A program made the position numbers and the translations under genes. Below the pieces are notes generated by a model. That model was not told where the DNA came from. It ran no database searches and saw only the letters and a list, made by a program, of their open reading frames with translations. From Octopus vulgaris (Eukaryota): a DNA stretch of 64,000 nt. Location: assembly GCA_951406725.2 (NCBI GenBank), contig OX597818.1:146010001-146074000 (forward strand). The letters are read 5' to 3'. Within the stretch, counting starts at the first letter, position 1. Each line of letters opens with the position of its first letter. Shown here piece after piece: positions 29,921-42,922 of the stretch.

Positions 29921-30610
29921 GCAGTTCACCTTTCCTATAGTTTAGAAGTGAACTCCACATAGCTAGTATAATATATACTTATTATTTCACTAGCATCTAC
30001 TAACTAAAATATGTAACAAGGTCAGTTAGTTCTACTAATGAACACATTCCATTCTTTTTTTTATAGTTTAGTGTTAAGCAATAGAAAAACATTCTCCAGC
30101 GATGTGAAATACTTCTCTTGTATGAGTGCCATGAAAAATTCACCCAAAACTCTCTGAAGTGGTTGGCAAGTGAGCAGAGAATGGATAGGGTTGTGAAGTC
30201 TCTTTAGTCTTGTCTCACTGGAAACTATTTAACCTTTCTAATGTTGATTGCATGAAAAAATGCACTGAGTACACTTTGTTGTAAGTGGTTGTCAATAGGG
30301 AGGGCATATACTTGATGACATACACGAACCTCAGTCTTTGGGAACAGCAGTTCCAAATAAGAAATGACTGGTCTGTCATCACTCACCCAACCCATACCAG
30401 CATTAAAAAAACAGACATAAAATGATGATGACATGCAATTATACAAATATGTAAAATGCTAACAAGTATCAGGAGGATCCCCTTTTTTTTTTTTGTCGTC
30501 CCAGAACACAGCACCTCTCTTGTTCAGGTACCACAATAACTACATCCTGTAAAGTGATTTGTGTTTGAAATGACATTCAGTTATAGAAATCTTGTCAAAA
30601 ATAAAACGTA

Positions 30611-31115
30611 CCATAAATCCTCAAATATAATCTGCATTTTTTTCCCAAAATTTAAAGGTCAAAATCCCTAGTGCGTACTATATATGAGGTTAAAAATGAA
30701 AAATAGTTTCTAAGCAATGTCTGAGTCTCTATTTGCTGTCCGGCTATGTTTATTCAGACGCATTTTGTGATGTCGGGCATGAAAATACCTTAAGCTAAGC
30801 CTGAAAGCAATGAAGTCATAAAAGAATCATCCATAACTTGCAGTAAGCAACATTTATTAAAATAAAAGTATTCAGAACACAGAATAACATGTAACAAAAA
30901 CAATTTGCAAACATATTTACATTCCCATATAACAGTTAAGAACATCACCATTATTGTATTACGCATCCGCAGAAGTGTTTGTTCGACTAATTGCTGCTGG
31001 CTTAATTATGCACGACTCAAGTTAGAGAAGGGGTATGTATTATACACAAGGTTTAGGTTTTTCAGAGGTACAGCCCCCTAAAAATCCCCTGCGTATTATA
31101 CTCGAGGATTTGCGA
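30611..31115. mobile_element. Tc1/mariner-superfamily (Tc2/pogo-like) MITE
   Basis: TA|CCATAAATCCTCAAATATAATCTGCA ... TGCGTATTATACTCGAGGATTTGCGA|TA imperfect inverted termini; an internal echo of the TIR lies at ~31035-31055. Confidence 0.65.
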
Positions 31116-31471
31116 TATATGCAAGACATCCTCAACTTGTCTAAGAGGGGAAGTAATTGAATAATAACTGACTAGGTTTATGACAACTCATTCAACTCAT
31201 ACCAGTATCAGAAGTAAATGTAAAGCAATGATGTAAGGTACTTACGGTTGAATGTTAGAGACAGCTGATGTTGTATAATTGATATCTTATATTAATACAA
31301 GCTCATTAATAATAGTGGTATAGTCTACTGCAGAACAATTAATCCAACTAATGTCAGTATTCAAAATAATATTTGCAAACGACTTTGATAATGTTGACAA
31401 TGTTAATACTAAAACCAAAACAAAATTCCTCATATACAAGGTTTTTTAAATAATTTTCTTCAAAACTACAG

Positions 31472-31640
31472 GTCCTTGTCTTGGCTCCAACTCGTGAGAT
31501 TGCATTCCAAATATGGCAGGTGATAACCAGTATTGGTAGCTGTGTAAGTGGCCTCAAGTGTGCCACTTTCATTGGTGGCTTGTCTGTAACTGATGATAAG
31601 AATAATCTGAAGATCTGCCATATAGCAGTTGGAACTCCTG
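31472..31640 (+). CDS. DDX20: DDX20 exon 3 (motif Ia, GG doublet, TPG)
   Basis: CAG acceptor; [56 protein letters not shown](G); GTTGGT donor, phase 1. Confidence 0.95.
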
Positions 31641-32066
31641 GTTGGTAGATTTCGTTTCTTAGATATTGATTTTATTTCTAAATTTGTTTAAATTGATAAA
31701 ATATAAAATTAAAATATTTTTCATTTCTGAGCAATATTTAAAAGGGCTGCTTCTTCATTTCAGTCTTATAGATATTCTCTACTTGCTGAATAAGATGATA
31801 TATCTCAGCTAGTATTCTCAGATGATCCTGTTCTCTGTTCCTTATGCTGGATGAACTGAGGGTTTTATTATTAAGTGTATGGCTAAAAATTAATAATGAA
31901 ATGTTTAAGGCTTCTGGTAGACAAAATGGTGGAGATGGAAACAGGTGAATAGGAGCAGGAGATATATAAAAGAAATCATTTTTGCTTTCTTTCAGTTTAC
32001 TTTATCTTTTAATTAATTCTAATTTTTCTGTGATATTAAAATCATTATACTTTAACTATGTTGTAG

Positions 32067-32178
32067 GAAGAATTAAGTTCTTGATTGAAAAAGGCTACCT
32101 GAGAACCAAAAGTATTCGTTTGTTTGTCCTTGATGAAGCTGACCAGTTATTAGATGAACAGTTCCAAGCAGACATTAA
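32067..32178 (+). CDS. DDX20: DDX20 exon 4 (motif II DEAD)
   Basis: TAG acceptor; (G)[36 protein letters not shown](N); GTGAG donor, phase 2. Confidence 0.95.
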
Positions 32179-33085
32179 GTGAGCTCAGATTTGTTTTTAT
32201 TACATGTTATTTTGTTTGTTTTATTCTTAGTTGTGACTAAATTTTGGCTAAATATAAATGGACACGCAAAGCATTTGCAGTTGTAACCAGCATCTTTTTT
32301 TTCTCTCTTCCAATCATTAAAATTCATCAGAAATGAAAAAAAATAATGATCTTCCACAAAACATTTCAACAACCTCTACTTTAAACTCATTAATACTGTG
32401 CCATCTCTCAGCCTTTTTTTGTAATTCTTACAACGATCTAAATAATTTTTTCCAGTTCAGTTAATAAGAATATAAGCACAGGTGTGGTTGTTTGGTTAAG
32501 AAGTTCTCTTCCCAACCACATGATTTCAGATTCAGTTCTAGCCATAGCTCCTTGGGCAACCATCTTCTACCATAGCCCAGGGTTGACCAAAACCTCATGA
32601 GTGAAGTAAGAAGCAGTAAACTATGTGGAAAGCATCTAAGAACCAAGTAAATGATGTGAAACCAGATGATGGATAAAGTCTACAAGTTTTATTTATTTAT
32701 ATTCATGAGGTCAAAAATAAAATAAAAGGTGGACAGATGGTTGTTAATGGCTTCAAAGCATTTATAAATAAATTATACAAATGTATTTATAAATATAATA
32801 ATATAGAAAGCTGGGAAATAATTCACAGTAGATAGATGAATATTAAGATTTCATACATGAAAATCACAGAAGATTTAAGAGAATTCAAGATAGTCCTTTA
32901 CAGTTATGGGATTTGGTGGTCAGTAGATGCAGCAGTGTTCTTTATGCCTACATATATACATACTAAATTTGGTGTTAGCAAATAACTATGAAATGACATG
33001 TTTTCAAATATTTTTGATAACCTCGTCTGCATTTTATTTCTTTGATAATTTTCTCTGGTTTTCATTTTTTTTTTTTTGTTTTTAG

Positions 33086-33228
33086 TTGGATATATTCAGT
33101 TTTGCCTGAAAATAAACAGATGCTTGCTCTGTCTGCAACTTATCCGGAGTACCTTGCCAAACACTTGATGCATTACATGCGGAACCCTACCTATATCAGA
33201 CTCAATACATCACACTTGGCTTTGTTAG
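33086..33228 (+). CDS. DDX20: DDX20 exon 5 (motif III SAT)
   Basis: Poly-T tract + AG; [47 protein letters not shown](G); GTAAAT donor, phase 1. Confidence 0.95.
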
Positions 33229-34502
33229 GTAAATGGTCCAAAGTTTATCTGGTCTCAAAAATTTCTTATATTTATTGAATATTTTATATGCTTTATTTTT
33301 TGTTTTTGTGCCATTATTTTTTTTATCATTATGAAGACTGGCTTTTCAGTTTGGTCTAGAGCTTGTTCTTTTACTTTCATCTGAACCCTGATTGAGCAGA
33401 ATTATAATCAAAAGCATTCCAACCATGACCAACTATCCTGTCTATACTCAGAATATCTAAGATCACATGAGCCACAGGAAGAGTTGGTACTTGACCTGCT
33501 ATTTCTAAAAGTGTAAGTGACTACACAGAGATGCTCACTTATTGTGTCATAGCCTGTTTGTTCATTCTTTTAACGTCCATCTTCCTCTGCTAACATGGCT
33601 TGGACAAGAATTGATTTGGAGGAGGATTTTAACAGGGGAATGTACCTTTGGTTGTCAACCCTCACTCATTTTTCAGGATTTATATATTCCACGGAAGGCG
33701 AATGGCCTAATGGCTGAGATGTTGTGCTCTCAATCACAAGATCATGGTTTCAATTCCTGATCTGGGCAGTGCATTTTGTTCTGAGGCAAAACACTTTATT
33801 TCTCATTGCTCCAGTCTACATAGCTATAAATGAGTAACTTTGCAATGGGCAGGCAACCACTTCAGAAGGGCTGTTGTGATCTCAGTAACCTTATATGTCA
33901 TGGAAACTGGGTAACTGGCCTGATGAGTCCCAGGACTCAAACAGTAATGCCCATATATTCCACTCTTTGAAAACACAATTTTGACTTGGTCATAATGTAA
34001 ACAAAACCTATCAACATCAATACCACTTTTCTGAAACAGTAGCTAATGAAATATCAATGTTGATATACGTTTGTATACACAATGTAGAAGTGTTATGGCC
34101 TGATGGATAAGGTTTTGGACTATATGTTCATGAACCATGAGTTCAAATCTACTGATATTTTTTGTGCGTGTGAGCAGAATGCAATATTCTACCTGTGCCT
34201 CAGTTTTCTCCCTATTATTTATAAGTTCAAAGTCATTTATTGATCTGATAATGCTCTGTCAAAGATTTAATTTTTCTAGTTGTTTTGTGAATGGACTTTT
34301 GTTCTGATTTACATGCTGTGTGTCAAAGCTGTGCAACCTTTTCTAAATTAAAGTCATTATAAATATATCTACCACTTGATGGGAATTTCCATCATCCATA
34401 ACTATTTCATAATAATTTCAGCATGGTAGTATTATTGTCGTTGAAAATAGGGTGTTGGATTGGCAGAATCATTAAAGCTTCTGACAAACTATTGTATCAT
34501 AA

Positions 34503-35320
34503 TCTATAAAAGGCAGATTGTCTCTGTCTGTGACTGTTTGTTTGCTATACGATTGTACAATATAGAATTTCTTCAATTGGAATTTAGCTATGATTTTTCG
34601 AAGTAGATTTGATTGGGTCATGGCATATAAATTTTTTTCAATTTGTCCCCCAATTAAGCAAAAATTCGATAAAACTCAATATTTTACAATTTGCCTCTCT
34701 CATTTCAACTGGTTTACTCCTTCTATTACCACACTTTCTGCTACTTTCTCTTTGCAAGTGTATACCACTCTCATATCCTCTTTCTACCACTCTTAAAAAT
34801 ACATTCAACATCACACATTCTGCTAGGAAACAGAAAAAAATAAATACATAACAATTTACTCCTCACACACACACATACACGCAAACATATACATATATGA
34901 CAAACACAAACTTTTCAAACAACTACATACAAACAATCAAACACACATACACACACACGTGTGTTTGTTATTAATAAAAAAGGCGCCAAACACAATTCAC
35001 TTTCTCATTCGAACACATTTGCAAACACACACACCAACAATTCAATTTTATTTCCGTACAGACAACATAACACTATCAACCTCATACCACCACAACAACA
35101 TTTTTCTTTATCCTGTCAAAAACTCATTGATCCTATCCCTTTCACCTACGACCTCAGCTAGGTCAGCCGAAAGTCAAATCAACAGAGGATCACCGACAAA
35201 TACATTCATTCGCCGTAAACTTATATCAATATTTGCCTGAATAATCATCATAATTCAGTGCAATCATTAACAGTACTTTCAAGCAATTCAACCCCGAGCA
35301 ATGCCGGGCAATTCTGCTAG
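34503..35320 (+). mobile_element. Non-autonomous Helitron in DDX20 intron 5
   Basis: A|TCTATAAAAGGCAG...TCTGTCTGT 5' end; 3' hairpin CCCGAGCAATGCCGGG followed by CTAG|T. Inserted between A and T with no TSD. Confidence 0.75.
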
Positions 35321-35544
35321 TACTATTATAGTCCTTTACATTCTGAGTTCAATTCTTGCCATGGTGAATTTTGCTTTTCATCACTCTGGAGATAAAGTTC
35401 AACCAAGTATTGAGGGTCAGTATAATTGGCAATACTCAGCACCCACCCCCATACTATACTGGTCAAAATAACTTGTAGTAAACCAAATGTACTGGAACAT
35501 TTTTGCTTTTCTGTTTGCTTCAGTTAACTTTGCCCTGCCAAGAT

Positions 35545-36910
35545 TATCATCATCATCATCATCATTTAATGTCCATTTTCCATGCTAGCATGGGTTGGAC
35601 AGTTTGACTGAAAACTGACAAGCTGGGGGGCTGCACCAGGTTCCAATCTGATTTAACAAGGTTTCTATGGCTCGATGCCCTTCCTAATGCCAATCACTCT
35701 GAGAGTGTAGTAGGTGCCTTTTACATGCCACCGGCATGGCTGCCATTGACCTGACACCAGCATTGGCCACAACTATGGTCTCACTTGGCTTGACAGATCA
35801 ACACAAGCACGGTATATCATCAAAGGTCATGGTCACCTGTCACTGCCTCCATGAGGCCCAATGCTTGAATGATGCTTTTTATGTGCCACCAGCACAGGTG
35901 CTAGTCAGATGGCACTGGCATCAGTCACAACTACAATCTCACTCAGCTTGGTGTCACTGTCTCCATGAGGCCCAACACATGAACAGTGCGTTTTATGTGC
36001 CACCAGCATGGGTGCCACTCAGATGGTAGTTGCATCATCCACAACTATGATTTCACTCAGTTCAACACATCTTCACAAGCAGTCGTCCAACGATTGAAGG
36101 GTGCTTTTAAAGGACCAGTTAAATGACGCTGGCACCAGCCACAACTACAATCTCACTTGGCTTGACAGGTCTTCTCAAACAAGGCATATGTCCAAAAGTC
36201 TCGGTCACTTGTCTCTGTGAGGCCCAACAATCAAAGATTGTGCTTCACCACCTCATCCCATATCTTCCTAGGTTTACCTCTTCCACAGGTTCCCTCTACC
36301 ATTGGAGTGCAACACTTCTTCACACAGTTGTCCTCATCCATAACCATCACATGACCATACCAATGCAGTCGTATCTTTTGCACACCACATCTGATGCTTC
36401 TTATGTTCAACTTTTCTCCCAGGATGCTTACACTCTGTCGCACATGCACACTGACATTACACATCTAGCAGAGCATACTAGCTTCATTTCTTATAAGCCT
36501 GTGCATAACCTCAGCAGTCGCAACCTATGTTTCACTGCCATGTAGCATGGCTTTTGGCACACAGTCGTCATACAGTCTGCCTTTCACTCTGACCAAGAAA
36601 CCCTTTATTACCAACAGAGATAGAAGCTCTATGAACTTTGCCCTGCCTATTCTTGTTCTAGCAGCTATGCTCTCAGAGCATCCATCCCTGCTACTGACTT
36701 GGTCACCTAAGTAACAGAAGCTGGCATGTGATGGAATCTATTTTCTGTACGTTTTTTGTGTTTATTGTACCTGAGCACCTTCCTTACACAAAGTCTATCT
36801 TCCCTGTTAACCTTCTTCTGATATTGCTGCACCTCTTGTGTCCAAAGCTTACACCAGGTACATCTTATGGAGTTTCTACCTATGCCTTTTCTACAGCTCA
36901 AGCAGGGCTA
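35545..36910 (-). mobile_element. 5'-truncated RTE LINE with 3' UTR repeats and (TGA)n tail
   Basis: Minus frames CRKGIGRNSIRCTWCKLW (Cys cluster) and MCNVSVHVRQSVSILGEKLNIRSIRCGVQKIRLHWYGHV...GRGKPRKIWDEVVK, continuous with the tail type seen at 28135. Confidence 0.85.
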
Positions 36911-37058
36911 TCTAACTAAAGGGATTTGCGATTTGTTTGCCTTTCTGCTCACTGGTTAAATAAAACTCGGATAAACTATTGTGATTTATTTATTCTTACT
37001 CTTTTGCACAGCCTTATTAATATTATACATCTTGGACATAAATTGTTTTTGTTTTTAG

Positions 37059-37197
37059 GTATCAAACAATATTATTTGAAGATCCCCTACCACCCACTTG
37101 TGCAAAAAGTTGCTGAGTATAGTGCAAAAGCAGCTATTAAGATTCTCTCTTCAGTAGTGTTTAACCAGTGCCTTGTATTCTCAAACCTTCAATCTGG
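37059..37197 (+). CDS. DDX20: DDX20 exon 6 (motif IV)
   Basis: TAG acceptor; IKQYYLKIPYHPLVQKVAEYSAKAAIKILSSVVFNQCLVFSNLQS(G); GTAAGT donor, phase 2. Confidence 0.93.
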
Positions 37198-37351
37198 GTA
37201 AGTTTCCATGTTTTATAATATTCAAAGAATTTTGTTTTCCTCTTGAAATTTTTCTACAAAAATCAACTACTGAGATAATGGTTATTCTTTGGATTAAGCT
37301 TAATTGATCTTCAAAAGTAAAATCTTTATTCTAAGACATTAACACAAGCTA

Positions 37352-37614
37352 GAAATCTTGGCCAATGTGGGCAAGAAATCTTGAGTCTGGTTGACCTGTA
37401 TAGGTGAAGAATCTTGGCTCTAGTCAGCTGGTATGGTCAACAAATTCTGGTTTTGGTCAATCAATGTTGGCTACAAATCTTGATTGTGTTTGGTTATTGT
37501 AATTGAAGAAGATTAGTTCTGGTAATGGGCATAAAATCTTGACTCTAGTTGGCCATTGTGGGAAAAGAATCTCAGCTTTGGTTGGCCAATGTGGGTAGGA
37601 AAGTTTGGCTCTAG
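37352..37614. repeat. Degenerate ~33-bp minisatellite (about 8 units)
   Basis: Recurring AAATCTTGRCTCTRGTTGGCCAATGTGGGCAAG-like unit in DDX20 intron 6. Confidence 0.6.
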
Positions 37615-37960
37615 AATATTCCATTTAGTGTTGTTGGCTATCAAGTGAAAGAAAATTTTAATATTGTTTATTTAATTCAAATATCAACAAACAACTATAT
37701 CATACTTTACACAATGTTAATGATTATTTTGTAAAACAACTAAATTTTCACTTGGAACCATTTGCTAATTTCCTTTACAACATGCTTTACGATATCATAA
37801 CATTACTTTTCTTTCTCAATCTGAGAGATTTTATACCAAGTAAAATAAAACAGGTACTTCTAGCTGGGATATATGCTATTAACATTAGTTTTATGCCATT
37901 TATAATTGCATTATTCTACTAAAATGACTTGTTTATACGTTTTTCTTTTTAATTCTGCAG

Positions 37961-38102
37961 CGCTCAGAGTTTGGCAGTTCAACTGGAAGAACAAGGTTGG
38001 CCAACTTGCTGTATTGCTGGTTCTTTAGATCAGAAAGAACGTAATGAAGCAATGGCTAGTTTGAAATCATTCCAGTGCCGTGTTTTAGTCTCAACTGATT
38101 TG
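37961..38102 (+). CDS. DDX20: DDX20 exon 7 (QxxR and start of motif V)
   Basis: CTGCAG acceptor; AQSLAVQLEEQGWPTCCIAGSLDQKERNEAMASLKSFQCRVLVSTDL; GTAAGG donor, phase 0. Confidence 0.95.
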
Positions 38103-38984
38103 GTAAGGATTAATTTCATATCACTCTTTTCATGCTCTCCTCTTAAAAAGACAATTCCATTTTAGTTTGACTTTTACTAAGTTCTGCTGGATTAAGTCTC
38201 AGTATATCATTGCAAGCCTACCTGTCCATGATGGCCAAATGTATGTTGGAAAGGATATTTCTTTGGTTTGGTGATTAGCTTTAGCCATTGTTATCTAAGA
38301 ATTTGAACTAAGAACATAGACATCCAGAACATACTGCATTGCTTCTTATCCAAGTGTCTAATAATTCTGGCAGTCTGCCGTCCTTCACCGATAACTTATC
38401 AATCCCAAAATATAAGAATGCAAAGTACACCTCAGTTAAACTTTTACTCAAAACACAGTGCTGCAACAAATACTGTGAAGTAGTTTACCCGACACTTTAA
38501 CGTCTGTGCTCATTCTCTTCCTAAATAAAAAGAATGTCTCTTTTGACTTTATTATATTTATAAAGTAGCAAGTTGGTAGAATTGTTAGCATACTGGACAA
38601 AATTCTTAGCAGCATTTCACCTGGCTTTATGTTCTGAGTTCAAATTCCACCAATGTCAACTTTCATCATTTTGGGGTTAATAAAATAAGTACCAGTTAAG
38701 CCCTGGGGTCAATATAATTGACTTCCCCACCCTCTCAAAATTACTGACTTTGTGCCAAAATAAGAAAGGATTATTATTATTTATGAAGTAGTGAGTTGTA
38801 GAAACGGCTGTAAAAGCTTTAGAATATTTCTGTTGAATTTTAGGCAGCGGATTGGCAGAGTTGTTAGAGTATAAGATAGAATGCCTTGTGGCAGTTATTC
38901 CAACTCTACACCAAGTTCAAATCTTGCTATGATCAACTTTGTCTTTCATTCATTCAGAGTTGATAAAAAAGGGACTAATCTAGA

Positions 38985-39788
38985 AATATGGATTGGTGGA
39001 GTGTTTAGAAACACAATGCCTTCTGCATCCCTAAAAACTGAGGCCATCAACTTCCCTGTAGACGAAATGACCATGACCTTCTTTGGAGCAGGTGGAGAGG
39101 GCATGTTTCCAATGCATGGATTGTCTCTTTGTCTTTGGCTCAAAGTGATGAAACCAACACTCATCCTGGCTTATGAAATTTTCAAATAAACCAGCTAGAT
39201 CTGCTTTAAACAATGTCAGGTTCTGCTGTGATGTGATCAACCTGGTGCACTTTTGATCTGGTATTAGATGTGACACCCACTGAGCAGAAACCTTTGTCAT
39301 ACCAAGTTCATTGTGCAGAATGTTCTCAACTCTCTTAAGGGATATGCTAATAACATTGGCTATTTGATTTAAACTCAATTGCCTGTCACCAATCACCATG
39401 TGGACAACACAATGGTTTCCTCAGTGGTTGCAGGACGTCCAGACTTTGGGTTGTTTTCGAGACTCCTTTCCCCTCCTAAATTCAGCTGCCCACTTTTGCA
39501 CAGGTCATAAAGCTGGTGTATAATCCCCTAATGTCAGCATAGATGTCCTTGGGGGCTACAACTTTTTTCTGCAGGTACTTGATAACACCATGATGCCAAA
39601 TTTTATCCATTTTGAAGAGAAATTGCTACTAGTTACTTCTGAAGTCTCCTTTGAACAGTGAGATGTCAGCTTACCTGTAAAGAAACGGTGCAGTTATTAA
39701 GAAGAGTTGAAATTAATGAATGCAAGATTTTGATATTGTTAGCATCATTCCTTTCTAGTCAGCCTATGAACTTTTCAGCTTGCTCTCA
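38985..39788 (-). mobile_element. Mariner transposon remnant in DDX20 intron 7
   Basis: DRQLSLNQIANVISIS...ILHNELGMTKVSAQWVSHL...QDECWFHHFEPKTKRQSMHW and ...SSTGKLMASVFRDAEGIV are mariner WVPHxL, DExW and KxMASVFWD motifs. TIR-like ...GAACTTTTCAGC...TCATA near 39770-39790. Confidence 0.85.
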
Positions 39789-39900
39789 TAACTGGTCAAA
39801 AATATTCTACTTGACAATATACACGCACTTTATATTGTCACATTTTTTATATATGTATATTGTATCTATTTATATATATTTCCTGTTGATCTCTTTACAG

Positions 39901-40006
39901 ACTTCACGTGGAATTGATGCTGAGAATGTAAATCTTGTGATAAACTTAGACCTGCCAAAAAATCCCAGAGTGTATCTTCATCGTATTGGGCGTGCTGGTC
40001 GATATG
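39901..40006 (+). CDS. DDX20: DDX20 exon 8 (motifs V and VI)
   Basis: TTTACAG acceptor; [35 protein letters not shown](G); GTAAGT donor, phase 1. Confidence 0.95.
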
Positions 40007-42820
40007 GTAAGTCATATTTATGTACACCAAAATTCCACACACATACATTGCTTATGGCATTGTATAGACTGCTTTTGTCTCTTATTTTAAAAGGGACACT
40101 TTATTAATAACTTTAGTATATCATAGAGTAATGCAAATGTTTTGTTGTCACAGCATATAAAACGATGTTATACTCCAAAAAGTGGCAAGGAAGATTTGCT
40201 AAAAGAACCATTCTATATTACAGGGGTCATTCCTGTGAATAGCGATATTTATCCTTATTTATTCCTAAGAAGGTAGATTGGAGGCCCAAAAGCTGAACAT
40301 TTCTATTAAAAAGAAACCCATTGAAGAAAAACTGGTATTTTGTCAGCTTATGATCTGTCTGTCTGTCAAGAGATGGAGTCTGGTTCTGATGCTGACTTTT
40401 TGTCTGTATTAGTTCTTACTGAAAATTAATTTGGCACTGTTACAGTTGCAAAAGTTTACTGTAGTGGAATTTGATAAACAATTCAATATTTAAAATACTG
40501 AGATGAATTATTGTCATGGCATTAATTTTTAATGTATTTTCATACCCTACATGCCAGAGCTTGTTTCTTTACTTCTACCTGCTCTTGTTCCGTCACTCAT
40601 AATATGCTTGTTTCACCTTCTTGGTCAAGGCTTTTTTGTTACTCAAAGACAGGCTTGTTCATCATTCAAAGACACACATTTTATCATTCCAGTTGGGTTT
40701 TTCATTATTTTTCTTTCTAAGGTGTTACAAAATGTGAGAGATGAAGTTTGATATCTCCAAATGTATTTTGTCTTTATCTAGAAACATCAATTAATGTGTG
40801 ATGACTCTTCTACAGTTGATCATTAAGATATCAGAATAATGATAATGTTGAGAATTTTCAGCAGAATTTCCTCTGAAACATCTCAGTAGTAGAGACTGAA
40901 TTTGTTATGATTTTGAGATTTTACCTTCGATACTGCAAAACTCTTGTCAATTATAAGCTTATCTGAGCTGTTATCTGAGCTACTGAAGGTTCAATGTCTT
41001 TGCTAGAGTCATGACATTGTAGTAGTAATTAGATCCAAGCTGTAGATCTCATAAAAGATGTTTAACTTAACAATATGAAGGAAATAAAACAGAATTGATA
41101 GATTTTTGTTCTTTAACTGCCCAACTCAAAATTGCCTCCCTTAAAGTCCACTGCTTGGTAGTTTTGGGGACGATGCACAAGTTAGTCTCTATCGTATTAA
41201 AGGAATGGGAGATAAATATTTCACTGGATAAAGTACTACTATATCATGTGTAGCTTCTCTTGCAGAAAAAAAAATTATTGCTGCATATGAACATCCTAAA
41301 TATTCCCATAAAATATGTACCCTTTTGATTGGCATGGTTTTCTTGACCAGCATATTGCAAACTTTGGCCTACAGGTGTGCTACCCTTTTTAACATTACTA
41401 GTTTGGTCTCTGTTCCTCATGCTTGTTGGTATCAAGCCACTTTTCACCCAGTCCCATCTAAATATCTTGTCTCCTTTATTTTGTCTATGCTGCAGGCCTG
41501 TGATACCTGCTCTTCCCAATTTGTTCCCTCTAAAATTCCCTGTCATGTTAAGTTTTTCTCTGAACCGTTCAAGACAAACCTCATCTGCATTGATATCAGT
41601 TGTCTTGGAGATCTATGAAGATCATAGTTATCGACTCTTTCTCATGACCAAATTTTGACAAACCTATTCCTGAATGATCTAACACTATCTTTTATGAACC
41701 ACAAGCTCCTCTACTAGATGTCTGGTACCCTATTGACTTACTGAAAATATATTATGTGTAGCATGTTTGCTTCTGCTGATTTAACATTGGACCATGTTCT
41801 AGCTGTGGTCACGTCATCTTTATTGTGGAAAAGCTGTTCAAAGAATGTTTAAGGACTTGAATATGATTTGCCATTTTAAAAATTGTTGGGAGATCATTGT
41901 GATAGATTTTGTTGACCAAGTTGGCCTACTACATAGAAATAAAAGAACAATGTAGTTACCATGTCACCCTCAACAATATTGTCTTTCATTATCATGCTGT
42001 AGCAGAGTGATTTATTTTTCATTATAATTCTTTTGATGTCTACTTATATTATTTTACCTCAAAATAGAGATTCTCTTATCAGTTATCTACCCAGTACGGA
42101 TAAGACTTCATGTTGCTGAAGAGGTCTGATGAGACTGAAGCATATTTAAAGTTGTAGCCTGCACTTGCCAACATCAGATATTAGTCGTTGAGCCGTTTTC
42201 TTCTTTTTATTGCATACATACTATTAATGAGATTTTTTTCCTTCAGTATGATGAATATGATGACACTAATTTAACATAGATTTTCCTTTGCTGTATCAAA
42301 TTAACTGAATTTTTTTCATCTTCTTTTTATGTTCTTTAACACTTTCCCAATTTTGTGTGTTGATGGGCCAAATCAAAAGAATATTGGACAAATATCCAAG
42401 AGGTCCATAGTCTGTACCTGGACATTCTGTAAAATGACTAGTGTTAGGAAGAGCATCCAGCCATAAGAAACCATGCCAAAGCAGACAGCAGAGCTTGGTA
42501 CTGTCTTTTGACCTGCTAGTTCCAGTTGATCTGTACAATCCATGCCAGTATGGAAAATGGGCATTGAATGATGATGATAATGATACTGTATATTGTCGAT
42601 TACCAAGATACTTAGCTAGTACTTAGTAGGTACCACAGGTGATACCATTTATCATTGTTAATAGGGGTTGACCTGTGCAGTTGAATGATTCACCAGTGTA
42701 CAATGCTGAATCCAATTTCAACCCTTATCCATGGAAAATTTAGTGATGCCTGACTGGTCACGCTCTGTTATTTTATATACTAACAGTGGCACAGCTGAAG
42801 AATTTCTCTATTTATTTCAG

Positions 42821-42922
42821 GGAGCTATGGTGCTGCAATAACTTTGGTTGCTGGAGATGTTGGCATGAAATGTCTGAAAAAGGTCGAGAGTGTTTGTAAT
42901 ACATCTCTGAAACCACTTCCAG
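42821..42922 (+). CDS. DDX20: DDX20 exon 9
   Basis: TTTCAG acceptor; SYGAAITLVAGDVGMKCLKKVESVCNTSLKPLP(D); GTGAGA donor, phase 1. Joins exon 10 to give the conserved LPDPIP. Confidence 0.92.
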
